From positions 1-64,000 of the forward strand of contig JAUCBJ010005101.1 in the NCBI GenBank assembly GCA_032718475.1: 64,000 nt of DNA, read 5' to 3'. Origin of the DNA: Nemertoderma westbladi. Lineage: Eukaryota; Animalia; Xenacoelomorpha. Shown here in pieces: positions 24,060 to 38,897 of the stretch. The notes under the pieces were generated by a model. That model was given only the letters and a program-made list of their open reading frames with translations. It was not told the DNA's origin and did no database searches. Position numbers and translations under genes: made by a program. Within the stretch, counting starts at the first letter, position 1, and every line of letters starts with the position of its first letter.

Positions 24060-24209
24060 TGAAGTCTGTGCTAGACTGAGTGCATCATTACAGGACTCAA
24101 TAGAAAAAGACTCTGAAATCTTTATTGCTGGGGACATAAACTGCAATGTTCTTTACAATATCCTATATAGTCAACCTTCTAAAACTGGAGATTTCAAATA
24201 TGTATTTAA
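24060..24209 (+). mobile_element. Small APE relic interrupted by the MITE
   Basis: EIFIAGDINCN; continues as DQIIK after 25772. Confidence 0.5.
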
Positions 24210-25768
24210 CCCTATTAAACCCGGGGGGGGTCAATATGACCCCCCCGTGGTTTTTTTATTATAATTCTGAAACAAACGCAGTTGGGAATCTGAAATTTTA
24301 TGACTTTTCCTAAAAATCTACTGTCTTCCTAGTAGTGAAAACCGTTTTCAAAAATATTTGGTACTTTTCGAGTTATAGCACCATTTTTTAACCCTACTTT
24401 TGGCACTTTTTTTGAGACGTTTTTTGAAAATTACATTTCATTAAATATGAATTGCAACATCTCTATTTTTGATTTACATCGGTTTTTTGGTGTTAGAAAT
24501 TTGATGGAATTCATATAAATTGATTTAGAAATTTCAAACTTGTTTTTTTCGGTGGGTGCCAAATTTTGGTGCCAGCACCAAATTTTGAAATAAGTCAATT
24601 TTGTAAATTGATAGTTTGAAACTTGTTTTTTACGCAATTGGGGTTTTTTGGGTTTCTGGATTCGATGAAATATATACGAGTTGCACCAAGCGTATCAAAC
24701 TTGTATTTTTCGGTGCTGTGTGGAAATTTTGGTGCTAGCACGAAATTTTGAAAATCCATTCAATAGATAAAAATGTTTGTGAAAAATTTATTTCTTGCGT
24801 TTTAGAGGTTTATGGCTGTTCTGAATTCAATGGAAAATATAATTATCGAACCAGACATCTCAAACTTGTATTTTTCGGATGTGGGTGCAAAATGTGGTGC
24901 TAGCACCAAATTTTGAAAACCATCAAATATATCAATTGATTGTGTCACCTTGTTTCTTGCGTTATACGGGTTTGTGATGGTTCTGAATTCAATGGAATCA
25001 GTAAAAATTTCATAAGAGTTCTCAAACTTGTATTTTTCGCCGGTGGGTGAAAATTGTTGTGCCAGCACCAAATTTTGGAAAATATGCAAATTGATAAGTA
25101 GATAGTTTCACCTTGTTTCTTGCGTTATACGGGTTTATGAGGGTCCTGAATCCGATGGAATCAATAAAAACAGCACTGGACATCGCATACTTGTACTTTT
25201 TGGTGATGGGTACGGAATTTGGTGCTAGCACCAAAATTTGCCAAATTACGCCGAAAAATACGAGTAGCAATGATCTGGCATATTAGAAATGCATTCCATT
25301 AGAATCAGCGCCCTCGAAAACCTGAAAATGTGAATTTATAGCATCGTATAAGTGAATTAAAAATTTTGTGTTCTAACTGAAAAGTACTGGTTACTTGTTT
25401 TTTTCATTTTTTTCCTACGCAGAGAGGACTAAACAGCCATTTATAGTAATCATATCATTTTTTAATATTTTCCAATGTATTTTGCACCCCAGAAAACCTG
25501 TATTGAAAAATAATTAGCCGAAAATGTAACTTTCAAATTTGGTGAAAATTGTGCACTACTTGTAATTTTGGTGCTGCAATATAACCACCCCAGTACATTT
25601 TTTCGAAATTTTTTTTTCCAATTTTCGGATCCAGACAAGTGATACCTACGTACAAACAAAAAATCAGACGTTTTCGTAAATATTTGTAGATTTTAGAGGG
25701 GGGGTCAATATGACCCCCCCCCCCCCCCCGGTATTTGTACAACATTTTATAGCCCGGTACTAATAGGG
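24210..25768. mobile_element. piggyBac-type non-autonomous element
   Basis: TTAA at 24206-24209 and 25769-25772; ends CCCTATTA...TAATAGGG; subterminal GGGGGGTCAATATGACCCCCC near both ends; ~5 internal ~165-bp repeats (24535-25240). Confidence 0.85.
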
Positions 25769-26085
25769 TTAATGATCAAATAATAAAGCCTTTTTTTGAG
25801 CAGACCTTTTTCAGCCAAAAAAATATTGTATAACAACATTGGCCTTCGGCCTCGGTAGTTATTCAGTTAATTTTGTTTCAGGTGAATATACCCGCATATC
25901 CCCACCTCTAAAACATTGAATAGTATCAGTAAATTTTTTTATCACTGCCTTTAAAATAAATAATTAAAAATATATTTTAATAATAATACAGTTATATTGA
26001 ATAAAATTAGATTTAAAGTATTAACCATCACCATCATTTTCCTAATTATATTATATAGCCAGTAACTAAATATATTAATGGAATT

Positions 26086-26353
26086 ATGATGCAATGGCTC
26101 ATTTTGGCCAATGTGGTAGGATTATCACTTGGTAGTCTTTACATCAACAGTTTCTGTACCAACCAGACCACAATCGGAGCTTCTACCAAAGCCACATCGT
26201 CATCCGACTGCAGCATTGATTGTGAACGGAACGATCAATGCTGGTCATTCAACTTCACTGACAGATGCGAAATATATGAAGACGATTGTCTGGCAGATAT
26301 GGTCAGCTGGAATGTTGATACTCTAGGGAAACGATGGGTCAGCAAGAAAAAAG
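26086..26353 (+). CDS. Exon 1 of secreted PAN/apple-PAN/apple-EGF-like protein (signal peptide + PAN domain 1)
   Basis: Hydrophobic N-terminus; C-x3-C-x5-C-WSFNF...C pattern; phase-1 donor AG/GTTAGA. Confidence 0.8.
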
Positions 26354-29300
26354 GTTAGATTAAATACTTAATGTAGAATATGAAAAATAGAAAATATTAG
26401 CGTCCCCGCAGTGTTACAATACATACAGTACATGGTGTATCTATAAATAAATAGTCCGGAGCTTAATAATTAAACATATTTTTCAAAATAAAATATTTAT
26501 ATTTTTTTAACTAGAGACGGGCCTAGCGGCCCGTGAAGCAAGTCGTAGGAGACAATACGAGTCAAGAAAAAGCTTTTTGTTCTGTCTGATAATCAATTAG
26601 TGTGAGGGTAGTCCCGGTGGTGTACGAGAAATTTTCTAGACAACTTCGAACTATAATTATTATGTTGTAATCATCTAATGAATTATAAAAGCTGTTGTGA
26701 TTATAGAAGATAGAGAGCAGTTAGCGAAATGATTATTTTGTTCTATAGGATAGAGTAGTCAGAGAGTTAGAGTAGTCGAGTCGTTGTTTAATAATAATAA
26801 CAGCAGTTGCCATGAATTCATTATACAATCGCGCAAAAGAAGTGATAAGACAAATTCGTTCTTATTTTTGTAATAAATAAAACAGGTTGAGATGTTTCAA
26901 TGTAAACCGCGATTAACAATTTACAACATTTATATTATTATTATAACAGATTTTTATATTTCAAACTATAATGTTAGCCTTATGGAGAATCATTATGAGG
27001 CTGAGTAAACATTCAGCCTTATAAGCATACACCCTCCACAGTATTAATGTTGGCACAAAGATTTCAAAATAAAACAATAATGCGATGAGAGCATAGTACA
27101 ATACACTGTGTAGCCAACACACTGTTTAACTAACAGTTATTTAGCTTGCACGCCAATTAACATCCTTAACATAGAAATGATGCATTGGGAAGAGTTATTC
27201 AGCTGAGACTGTAATAGCCAGCTAAACCAGTTAATGTTTTGTTTGATTACTGTCTGGGTTGTAGAATAGAGTGATAATAAAACTTGGCACACAAAGTACT
27301 TCTTTGTTAGTTGCCCTTCCTATTGAATGCATTACCAGGCCATCTCTATACATTTTTCATGAGTGCCAGCTGGTGTTTTATCATTGCGCCTATGGTAATT
27401 TTAGTGTTTTGGGGCTTTTTTTCGAAATAAAACAAGTTGAGATGTTTCAATTTAAACCGCGATTTCACAAGTACCCTTAGAAATCCATTTTCATGGTCCA
27501 TGCAAAATTTCATCAAAATCGTTAGAGCCGTTTTTGCTCTAGGTCAGTAGTCAGTAGTCAGTAGCCTTTTTTTCTTACAGTAATCAAGTCTAACGACTTG
27601 CTAACTAGTGACGGGCCTAGCGGCCCGATAAGGAACCGACTTTTTATTTCAAATAAAAGAGACAACGAGAATTAGTATAGAACTAATAATTATGTAAAAA
27701 TACAATCATATTTCATACAATAATTATTAATAAATTCGATCTATTATTAGTTGCTCAATTCTAGAACAAAATCGACTTGCAACTAGTGAAGACCTCGTTT
27801 TGGAATTTCGAAACCAAGCTGGTGCGATGCGCGATATCGTGTTTAGTTAATAAAGTGAAAACTCCATCAATTCATGTGCAACCAGTAATAAGAAATCGCG
27901 ATAAATGTAATTTGAATAAAAATTATTCTAGAAAAATTTTCCTCAAAAAGTATGAAGTCTTGGCATTGGTGACGCGAAACTAGGCTAGTGAGATTCAGGA
28001 TATTGCGTTTAATATAAAAATCGAAAACGCTATCGAATTCCGTAAAGGCGTTAATAAAATACTGCAACTTTTTTGAAATTTGTAAAATTCTAGAACTAGA
28101 AAAAATTAATTTTTGAACGGCGCTGTTTGGGGTTTCGAAACATGGATAGGCTGAAAGAGGACATCGAATTAAGTTGAAAAATGAAAACCCCATCGAATTT
28201 GGACAAAGCGTTCCGGAGTTATAGCGGATCGAAAAAAATTGACCCCCCCCAGTCGCCAAAAATTTACAGTAATTTAAAATTTTGCAAAAAAATTTTTTGC
28301 GTTATTTTTGATGGCGAATCGACTGGCTACAAAAATTTTTTTTTGAAATTTTAGGTCAGAAAAAAAAACATGGAAAAAGTATATTTTTAAAAAGATTTCA
28401 TGTCTTTGCATATGGTCAGAGAATGATCCAACTCTGTAACTTGGCAATCGCTCAAATCCATTCAGCTGAATGGCACAGTAGAGTAAACTAAAGTAAATTC
28501 CCAATACAATGTTCTGAAGGGGAGACTGACAGAGAGTAATCCAACCATAAAACACTTTGCAATAATGTTGACATTAATGTAGCCGATACACTGTATACCT
28601 AATAGTCATTCAGAAGGGGGAAGAGTTATTCAGCTGAGGCGGTAATAGATTGCAAACTAAACCAACCAGTTGGCAGCCTCATCGATTTATACTAAGCCTG
28701 TGTAGAACCACAAACTAAATCAACCAGTTAATATTTGCATTGACAGAGAGTGCAGGGCCTAAACAAACAGTATGGGTGTACTAAGTACAATAATCTTGGC
28801 AACCTCATCGATTTATACTAAGCCTTGTGTAGAAATCCATTACATAAGTCATTTTTATCAGGACACCAGCTGTCATGGGTGATATTTTACCATTGCGCCT
28901 ATGGCGTTTTTTCGTTTATGTCTATTTTTCGAGCCCACGGCTCATGGACGAAATAGCGGAACATACCAGGGACCTTAGAATCGCGGTATCTAGCCGCTGT
29001 GAAAATTTCATCAAAATCGTTAGAGTAGTTTTGGCTGTAGATTAGCCAGCCAGCCAGCCAGCCAGTCAATCAGCCAACAATTCTTACAGTAATGAACCTC
29101 TCGGTTCCTAACTAGAGACGGCGTCAAGACGCCGTTAAGCAAGTCGGAAGTCATCAATCAAATATAAATTCCCTCAACAATGTTTACCTATGGTCAGAAT
29201 GGAAGGGCTATTTACCTATGGTCAGAGAGAGATCCCACTCTGTAATTTGGCAATTGCTCAAATTCATTCAGTTGAATGGCACAGTAGAGTGAACTAAACT

Positions 29301-32300
29301 AAATTCCCTCAACAATGTTTGGCTATGGTCTGAAAGAACTAACAGTCATTCAGCTTGCACAATGTCAATCACCTACAGTATAAAACATTTAGAATGCCAC
29401 AGTGTGTATCCTGATACAGATAATAAGCAGTGATATATATATTATATTTCAAACTATAATGTTAGTGTTAGCCTTACACAGTATCAGTATGAGGCTGAGT
29501 AAACATTCCACCTTATAAGCATACTGCCTCCACAGAATTAATGTTGGCCGAAAGATTTAAAAATAAAACAATTATTATTATAAATACAGTGCAATCCAAT
29601 AGTACCCAACACACTGTGTAACTAACAGTCAATCAGCTTACACGTCAATTAACATAGAAGAGAGAGTAACCTTGTAGATCGCCATAGAAAGCATTGGGAA
29701 GAGTTATTCAGCTGAGGCTGTAATAGCCGGCTAACCCAGTGAATGATTATAAAGTTGGCACTGTATGTACTTCCTTGTTAGGTGGCTCCCTATAGAATAG
29801 CAAACCAACCAGTTGATGTTTGTTTGCACAGAGTGGTTGGTAGGGCCTAAACAAACAGTATGGGTGTACTAAGTATAATACTCTTGGCAACCTCATCGAT
29901 TTAATACTAAGCCTTGTGTAGAATTGCATTACATAAGCCATTTTTCATCAGGACACCAGCTGTCATGGGTGATATTTTACCATTGCGCCTATGGCGTTTT
30001 TTTCGTTTATCTCTATTTTTCGAGCCCAGAGGCTATGGACGGAGTAGCCGATCATGCCAGGGACCTTAGAATCGCGGTATCTAGATGCTGTGAAAATTTC
30101 ATCAAAATCGTTAGAGTAGTTTTGGCTGTAGATCAGCCAGCCAGCCAGTCAGTCAGTCAGCCAGCCAGTCAGTCAACAATTCTTACAGTAATCAAGTCTA
30201 ACGACTTGCTAACTAGTGACGGGCCTAGCGGCCCGATAAGGAACCGACTTTTTATTTTAATTAAAAGAGACAACGAGAATTAGTATAGAACTAATAATTA
30301 TGTAAAAATACAATCATATTTCATACAATAATTATTAATAAATTTGATCTATTATTAGTTGCTCAATTCTAGAACAAAATCGACCTGCAACTAGTGAAGA
30401 CCTCGTTTTGGAATTTCGAAACCACGCTGGTGCGATGCGCGATATCGTGTTTGGTTAATAAATTGAAAACTCCATCAGTTCATCTGCAACCAGTAATAAG
30501 AAATCGCGATAAATGTAATTAAATAAAAATTAATCTAGAAAAATTTTCCTCAAAAAGTATGAAGTCTTGGCATTGGTGACGTGAAACTAGGCTATTGAGA
30601 TTCAGGATATTGCGTTTAATATAAAAATCGAAAACGCTATCAAATTCCGTAAAGGCGTTAATAAAATACTGCAACTTTTTTGAAATTTGTAAAATTCTAG
30701 AACTAGAAAAAATTAATTTTTGAACGGTGCTGTTTGGGGTTTCGAAACATGGATAGGCTGAAAGAGGACATCGAATTAAGTTGAAAAATAAAAACCCCAT
30801 CGAATTTGGACAAAGCGTTCCGGAGTTATAGCGGATCGAAAAAAATTGACCCCCCCCCCCCAGTCGCCAAAAATTTACAGTAATTTAAAATTTTGCAAAA
30901 AAAATTTTTTGCGTTATTTTTGATGGCGAATCGATTTTCAGTACTGTCTACGAAAAATGTTTTTTTGAAATTTTTGGTCAGAAAAAAAACATGGAAAAAG
31001 TATATTTTTAAAAAGATTTGATGTGCCTATGATCAGAGAATGATCCAACTCTGTACTTGGCAATCGCTCAAATCCATTCAGCTGAATGGCACAGTAGAGT
31101 AAACTAAAGTAAATTCCCAATACAATGTTCTGAAGGGGAGACTGACAGAGAGTAATCCAACAATAAAACATTTTAAATAATGTTGGCATTAATGTAGCCA
31201 ACACACTGTGTACTTAAGTCATTCAGATTACATTAGCAGAGTGAGATATTCCCATAGTATGCATTGGGAAGAGTAATTCAGCTGAGGCGATAATAGATTT
31301 CAAACTAAACCAACCAGTTAATATTTGCTTTGACAGAGTGTCCTAGGGCCTAAACAAACAGTATGGGTGTACTAAGTACAATAATCTTGGCAACCTCATC
31401 GATTTATACTAGGCCTTGTGTAGAAATCCATTACGTAAGCCATTTTTCATCATGACACCAGCTGTTATTGGTGATATTTTACCATTGCGCCAATGGCGTT
31501 TTTTCGTTTATGTCTATTTTTCGAGCCCACGGCTCATGGACGAAATAGCGGAACATACCAGGGACCTTAGAATCGCGGTATCTAGATGCTGTGAAAATTT
31601 CATCAAAATCGTTAGAGTAGTTTTGGCTGTAGATCAGTCAGCCAGTCAATCAATCAGCCAACAATTCTTACAGTAATGAACCTCTCGGTTCCCTAGTGAC
31701 GGGCCTAGCGGCCCGATAAGGAACCGACTTTTTATTTTAAATAAAAGAGACAACGAGAATTAGTATAGAACTAATAATTATGTAAAAATACAATCATATT
31801 TCATACAATAATTATTAATAAATTCGATCTATTATTAGTTGCTCCATTCTAGAACAAAATCAACCTGCAACTAGTGAAGACCTCGTTTTGGAATTTCGAA
31901 ACCACGCTGGTGCGATGCGCGATATCGTGTTTAGTTAATAAATTGAAAACTCCATCAATTCATGTGCAACCAGTAATAAGAAATCGCGATAAAAAATGTA
32001 ATTAAATAAAAATTATTCTAGAAAACTTTTCCTCAAAAAGTATGAAGTCTTGGCATTGGTGACGCGAAACTAGGCTATTGAGATTCAGGATATTGCGTTT
32101 AATATAAAAATCGAAAACGCTATCGAATTCCGTAAAGGCGTTAATAAAATACTGCAACTTTTTTGAAATTTGTAAAATTCTAGAACTAGAAAAAATTAAT
32201 TTTTGAACGGCGCTGTTTGGGTTTTCGAAGCATGAATAGGCTGAAAGAGGACATCGAATTAAGTTGAAAAATGAAAACCCCATCGAATTTGGACAAAGCG

Positions 32301-35300
32301 TTCCAGAGTTATAGCGGATCGAAAAAAAAATGAGTCCCCCAGTCGCCAAAAATTTACAGTAATTTAAAATTTTGCAAAAAAAATTTTTTGCTTTATTTTT
32401 GATGGAGAATTGATTGGCAGTACTGGCTACGAAAAAATTTTTTTTGAACATGGAAAAAGTATATTTTTAAAAAGATTTGATGTCTTTGCCTATGGTCAGA
32501 GAATGATCCAACTCTGTAACTTGGCAATCGCTCAAATCCATTCAGCTGAATGGCACAGTAGAGTAAACTAAAGTAAATTCCCTATACAATGTTCTGAAGG
32601 GGAGACTGACAGAGAGTAATCCAACAATAAAACATTTTGCAATAATGTTGGCATTAATGTAGCCAACTCACTGTGTACGTAACAGTCATTCAGCTTACAT
32701 TAGCAGAGTGAGATATTCCCATAGATTGCATTGGGAAGAGTAATTCAGCTGAGGCGATATTAGATTTCAAACTAAACCAACCCGTTAATGTTTGCTTTGA
32801 CAGAGAGTGGTGGCCTATACAAACAGTATGGGTGTACTGAGTACAATAATCTTGGCAACCTCATCGATTTATACTAAGCCTTGTGTAGAAATGCATTACA
32901 TAAGCCATTTTTCATCATGACACCAGCTGTCATTGGTGTTATTTTACCATTGCGCCTATGGCGTTTTTTCGTTTATGTCTATTTTTCGAGCCCACGGCTC
33001 ATGGACGAAATAGCGGAACATACCTGAGACCTTAGAATCGCGGTATCAAGCCGCTGTGAAAATTTCATCAAAATCGTTAGAGTAGTTTTGGCTAGAGATT
33101 AGTCAGTCAGTCAGTCAGTCAGTCAGCCAGCCAGTCTCGAGCAATTCTTACAGTAATGAACCTCTCGGTTCCTAACTAGTGACGGGCCTAGCGGCCCGAT
33201 AAGGAACCGATTTTTTATTTTAAATACAAGAGACAACGAGAATTAGTATAGAACTAATAATTATGTAAAAATACAATCATATTTCATACAATAATTATTA
33301 ATAAATTCGATCTATTATTAGTTGCTCAATTCTAGAACAAAATCGACCTGCAACTAGTGAAGACCTCGTTTAGGAATTTCGAAACCACGCTGGTGCGATG
33401 CGCGATATCGTGTTTAGTTAATAAATTGATAACTCCATCAATTCATGTGCAACCATTAATAAGAAATCGCGATAAATGTAATTAAATAAAAATTATTCTA
33501 GAAAAATTTTCCTCAAAAAGTACGAAGTCTTGGCATTGGTGACGCGAAACTAGGCTAGTGAGATTCAGGATATTGCGTTTAATATAAAAATCGAAAACGC
33601 TATCGAATTCCGTAAAGGCGTTAATAAAATACTGCAACTTTTTTGAAATTTGTAAAATTCTAGAACTAGAAAAAATTAATTTTTGAACGGCGCTGTTTGG
33701 GTTTTCGAAGCATGGATAGGCTGAAAGAGGACATCGAATTAAGTTGAAAAATGAAAACCCCATCGAATTTGGACAAAGCGTTCCGGAGTTATAGCGGATC
33801 GAAAAAAAATGACCCCCCCTCAGTCGCCAAAAATTTACAGTAATTTAAAATTTTGCAAAAAAAAATTTTTGCGTTATTTTTGATGGCGAATCGATTGGCA
33901 GTACTGGCTACGAAAAAATTTTTTTTGAAATTTTTGGTCAGAAAAAAAAACATGGAAAAAGTATATTTTTAAAAAGATTTGATGTCTTTGCCTATGGTCA
34001 GAGAATGATCCAACTCTGTAACTTGGCAATCGCTCAAATCCATTCAGCTGAATGGCACAGTAGAGTAAACTAAAGTAAATTCCCTATACAATGTTCTGAA
34101 GGGGAGACTGACAGAGAGTAATCCAACAATAAAACATTTTGCAATAATGTTGGCATTAATGTAGCCAGCCAACTCACTGTGTACGTAACAGTCATTCAGC
34201 TTACATTAGCAGAGTGAGATATTCCCATAGATTGCATTGGGAAGAGTTATTCAGCTGAGGCGATAATAGATTTCTAACTAAACCAACCAGTTAATATTTG
34301 CTTTGACCGAGTGTCCTAGGGCCTAAACAAACAGTATTGGTGTACTAAGTGAATAATCTTGGCAACCTCATCGATTTATACTAAGCCTTGTGTAGAAATC
34401 CATTACATAAGCCATTTTTCATCATGACACCAGCTGTTATTGGTGATATTTTACCATTGCGCCTATGGCGTTTTTTCGTTTATGTCTATTTTTCGAGCCC
34501 ACGGCTCATGGACGAAATAGCGGAACATACCAGGGACCTTAGAATCCGGTCAGCCAGCCGATGTGAAAATTTCATCAAAATCGTTAGAGTAGTTTTGGCT
34601 ATAGATTAACCAGCCAGCCAGCCAGTCAATCAGCCAACAATTCTTACAGTAATGAACCTCTCGGTTCCTAACTAGTGACGGGCCTAGCGGCCCGATAAGG
34701 AACCGACTTTTTATTTTAAATAAAAGAGACAACGAGAATTAGTATAGAACTAATAATTATCTAAAAATACAATCATATTTCATACAATAATTATTAATAA
34801 ATTCGATCCATTATTAGTTGCTCAATTCTAGAACAAAATCGACCTGCAACTAGTGAAGACCTCGTTTTAGAATTTCGAAACCACGCTGGTGCGATGCGCA
34901 ATATCGTGTTTAGTTAATAAATTGAAAACTCCATCAATTCATGTGCAATCAGTAATAAGAAATCGCGATAAATGTAATTAAATAAAAATTATTCTAGAAA
35001 AATTTTCCTCAAAAAGTATGAAATCTTGGCATTGGTGACGCGAAACTAGGCTAGTGAGATTCAGGATATTGCGTTTAATATAAAAATCGAAAACGCTATC
35101 GAATTCTGTAAAGGCGTTAATAAAATACTGCAACTTTTTTGAAATTTGTAAAATTCTAGAACTAGAAAAAAATAATTTTTGAACGGCGCTGTTTGGGGTT
35201 TCGAAACATGGATAGGCTGAAAGAGGACATCGAATTAAGTTGAAAAATGAAATCCCCATCGAATTTGGACAAAGCGTTCCGGAGTTATAGCGGATCGAAA

Positions 35301-38300
35301 AAAATTGACCCCCCCCCCAGTCGCCAAAAATTTACAGTAATTTAAAATTTTGCAAAAAAAAATTTTTGCGTTATTTTTGATGGCGAATCGATTGGCAGTA
35401 CTGGCTACGAAAAAATTTTTTTTTAATTTTTGGTCAGAAAAAAAAACATGGAAAAAGTATATTCTTAAAAAGATTTGATGTCTTTGCCTATGGTCAGAGA
35501 ATGATCCAACTCTGTACTTGGCAATCGCTCAAATCCATTCAGCTGAATGGCACAGTAGAGTAAACTAAAGTAAATTCCCTATACAATGTTCTGAAGGGGA
35601 GACTGACAGAGAGTAATCCAACAATAAAACATTTTGCAATAATGTTGGCATTAATGTAGCCAACACACTGTGTACTTAAGTCATTCAGCTTACATTAGCA
35701 GAGTGAGATATTCGCATAGAATGCATTGGGAAGAGTAATTCAGCTGAGGCGATTAACTAAACCAACCAGTTAATGTTTGCTTTGACAGAGAGTGGTTGCC
35801 TATACAAACAGTATCGGTGTACTGAGTATAATAATCTTGGCAACCTCATCGATTTATTACTAAGCCTTGTGTAGAAATGCATTACATAAGCCATTTTTCA
35901 TGAGGACACCAGCTGTCATTGGTGTTATTTTACCATTGCGCCTATGGCGTTTTTTCGTTTATGTCTATTTTTCGAGTCCACGGCTCATGGACGAAATAGC
36001 GGAACATATCAGGGACCTTAGAATCGCGGTATCTAGCCGCTGTGAAAATTTCATCAAAATCGTTTGAGTGGTTTTGGCTAGAGATTAGTCAGTCAGTCAG
36101 CCAGCCAGCCAGTCTCGAGCAATTCTTACAGTAATGAACCTCTCGGTTCCTAACTAGTGACGGGCCTAGCGGCCCGATAAGGAACCGACTTTTTATTTCA
36201 AATAAAAGAGACAACGAGAATTATTATAGAACTAATAATTATGTAAAAATACAATCATATTTCATACAATAATTATTAATAAATTCGATCTATTATTAGT
36301 TGCTCAATTCTAGAACAAAATCGACCTGCAACTAGTGAAGACCTCGTTTTGGAATTTCGAAACCACGCTGGTGCGATGCGCGATATCGTGTTTAGTTAAT
36401 AAATTGAAAACTCCATCAATTCATGTGCAACCAGTAATAAGAAATCGCGATAAATGTAATTAAATAAAAATTATTCTAGAAAAATTTTCCTCAAAAAGTA
36501 TGAAGTCTTGGCATTGGTGACGCGAAACTAGGCTAGTGAGATTCAGGATATTGCGTTTAATATAAAAATTGAAAACGCTATCGAATTCCGTAAAGGCGTT
36601 AATAAAATACTGCAACTTTTTTGAAATTTGTAAAATTCTAGAACTAGAAAAAATTAATTTTTGAACGGCGCTGTTTGGGGTTTCGAAACATGGATACGCT
36701 GAAAGAGGACATCGAATTAAGTTGAAAAATGAAAACCCCATCGAATTTGGACAAAGCGTTCCGGAGTTATAGCGGATCGAAAAAAATTGACCCCCCCCAG
36801 TCGCCAAAAATTTACAGTAATTTAAAATTTTGCAAAAAAAATTTTTTGCGTTATTTTTGATGGCGAATCGATTGGCAGTACTGGCTACGAAAAATTTTTT
36901 TTTGAAATTTTTGGTCAGAAAAAAAAACATGGAAAAAGATTTAAAAAAGATTTGATGTCTTTGCCTATGGTCAGAGAATGATCCAACTCTGTAACTTGGC
37001 AATCGCTCAAATCCATTCAGCTGAATGGCACAGTTAGAGTAAACTAAAGTAAATTCCCTATACAATGTTCTGAAGGGGAGACTGACAGAGAGTAATCCAA
37101 CAATAAAACATTTTGCAATAATGTTGGCATTAATGTAGCCAACACACTGTGTACTTAAGTCATTCAGCTTACATTAGCAGAGTGAGATATTCGCATAGAA
37201 TGCATTGGGAAGAGTAATTCAGCTGAGGCGATTAACTAAACCAACCAGTTAATGTTTGCTTTGACAGAGAGTGGTTGCCTATACAAACAGTATCGGTGTA
37301 CTGAGTATAATAATCTTGGCAACCTCATCGATTTATTACTAAGCCTTGTGTAGAAATCCATTACATAAGCCATTTTTCATGAGGACACCAGCTGTCATTG
37401 GTGTTATTTTACCATTGCGCCTATGGCGTTTTTTCGTTTATGTCTATTTTTCGAGCCCACGGCTCATGGACGAAATAGCGGAACATATCAGGGACCTTAG
37501 AATCGCGGTATCTAGCCGCTGTGAAAATTTCATCAAAATCGTTAGAGTGGTTTTGGCTAGAGATTAGTCAGTCAGCCAGCCAGCCAGTCTCGAGCAATTC
37601 TTACAGTAATGAACCTCTCGGTTCCTAACTAGAGACGGCGTCAAGACGCCGTTAAGCAAGTCGGAAGTCATCAATCAAATATAAATTCCCTCAACAATGT
37701 TTACCTATGGTCAGAATGGAAGGGCTATTTACCTATGGTCAGAGAGAGATCCCACTCTGTAATTTGGCAATTGCTCAAATTCATTCAGTTGAATGGCACA
37801 GTAGAGTGAACTAAACTAAATTCCCTCAACAATGTTTGGCTATGGTCTGAAAGAACTAACAGTCATTCAGCTTGCACAATGTCAATCACCTACAGTATAA
37901 AACATTTAGAATGCCACAGTGTGTATCCTGATACAGATAATAAGCAGTGATATATATATTATATTTCAAACTATAATGTTAGTGTTAGCCTTACACAGTA
38001 TCAGTATGAGGCTGAGTAAACATTCCACCTTATAAGCATACTGCCTCCACAGAATTAATGTTGGCCGAAAGATTTAAAAATAAAACAATTATTATTATAA
38101 ATACAGTGCAATCCAATAGTACCCAACACACTGTGTAACTAACAGTCAATCAGCTTACACGTCAATTAACATAGAAGAGAGAGTAACCTTGTAGATCGCC
38201 ATAGAAAGCATTGGGAAGAGTTATTCAGCTGAGGCTGTAATAGCCGGCTAACCCAGTGAATGATTATAAAGTTGGCACTGTATGTACTTCCTTGTTAGGT

Positions 38301-38897
38301 GGCTCCCTATAGAATAGCAAACCAACCAGTTGATGTTTGTTTGCACAGAGTGGTTGGTAGGGCCTAAACAAACAGTATGGGTGTACTAAGTATAATACTC
38401 TTGGCAACCTCATCGATTTAATACTAAGCCTTGTGTAGAATTGCATTACATAAGCCATTTTTCATCAGGACACCAGCTGTCATGGGTGATATTTTACCAT
38501 TGCGCCTATGGCGTTTTTTTCGTTTATCTCTATTTTTCGAGCCCAGAGGCTATGGACGGAGTAGCCGATCATGCCAGGGACCTTAGAATCGCGGTATCTA
38601 GATGCTGTGAAAATTTCATCAAAATCGTTAGAGTAGTTTTGGCTGTAGATCAGCCAGCCAGCCAGTCAGTCAGTCAGCCAGCCAGTCAGTCAACAATTCT
38701 TACAGTAATCAAGTCTAACGACTTAAAAATCGTTAGAGTAGTTTTGGCTGTAGATCAGCCAGCCAGCCAGTCAGTCAGTCAGCCAGCCAGTCAGTCAACA
38801 ATTCTTACAGTAATCAAGTCTAACGACTTGCTAACTAGTGACGGGCCTAGCGGCCCGATAAGGAACCGACTTTTTATTTCAAATAAAAGAGACAACG

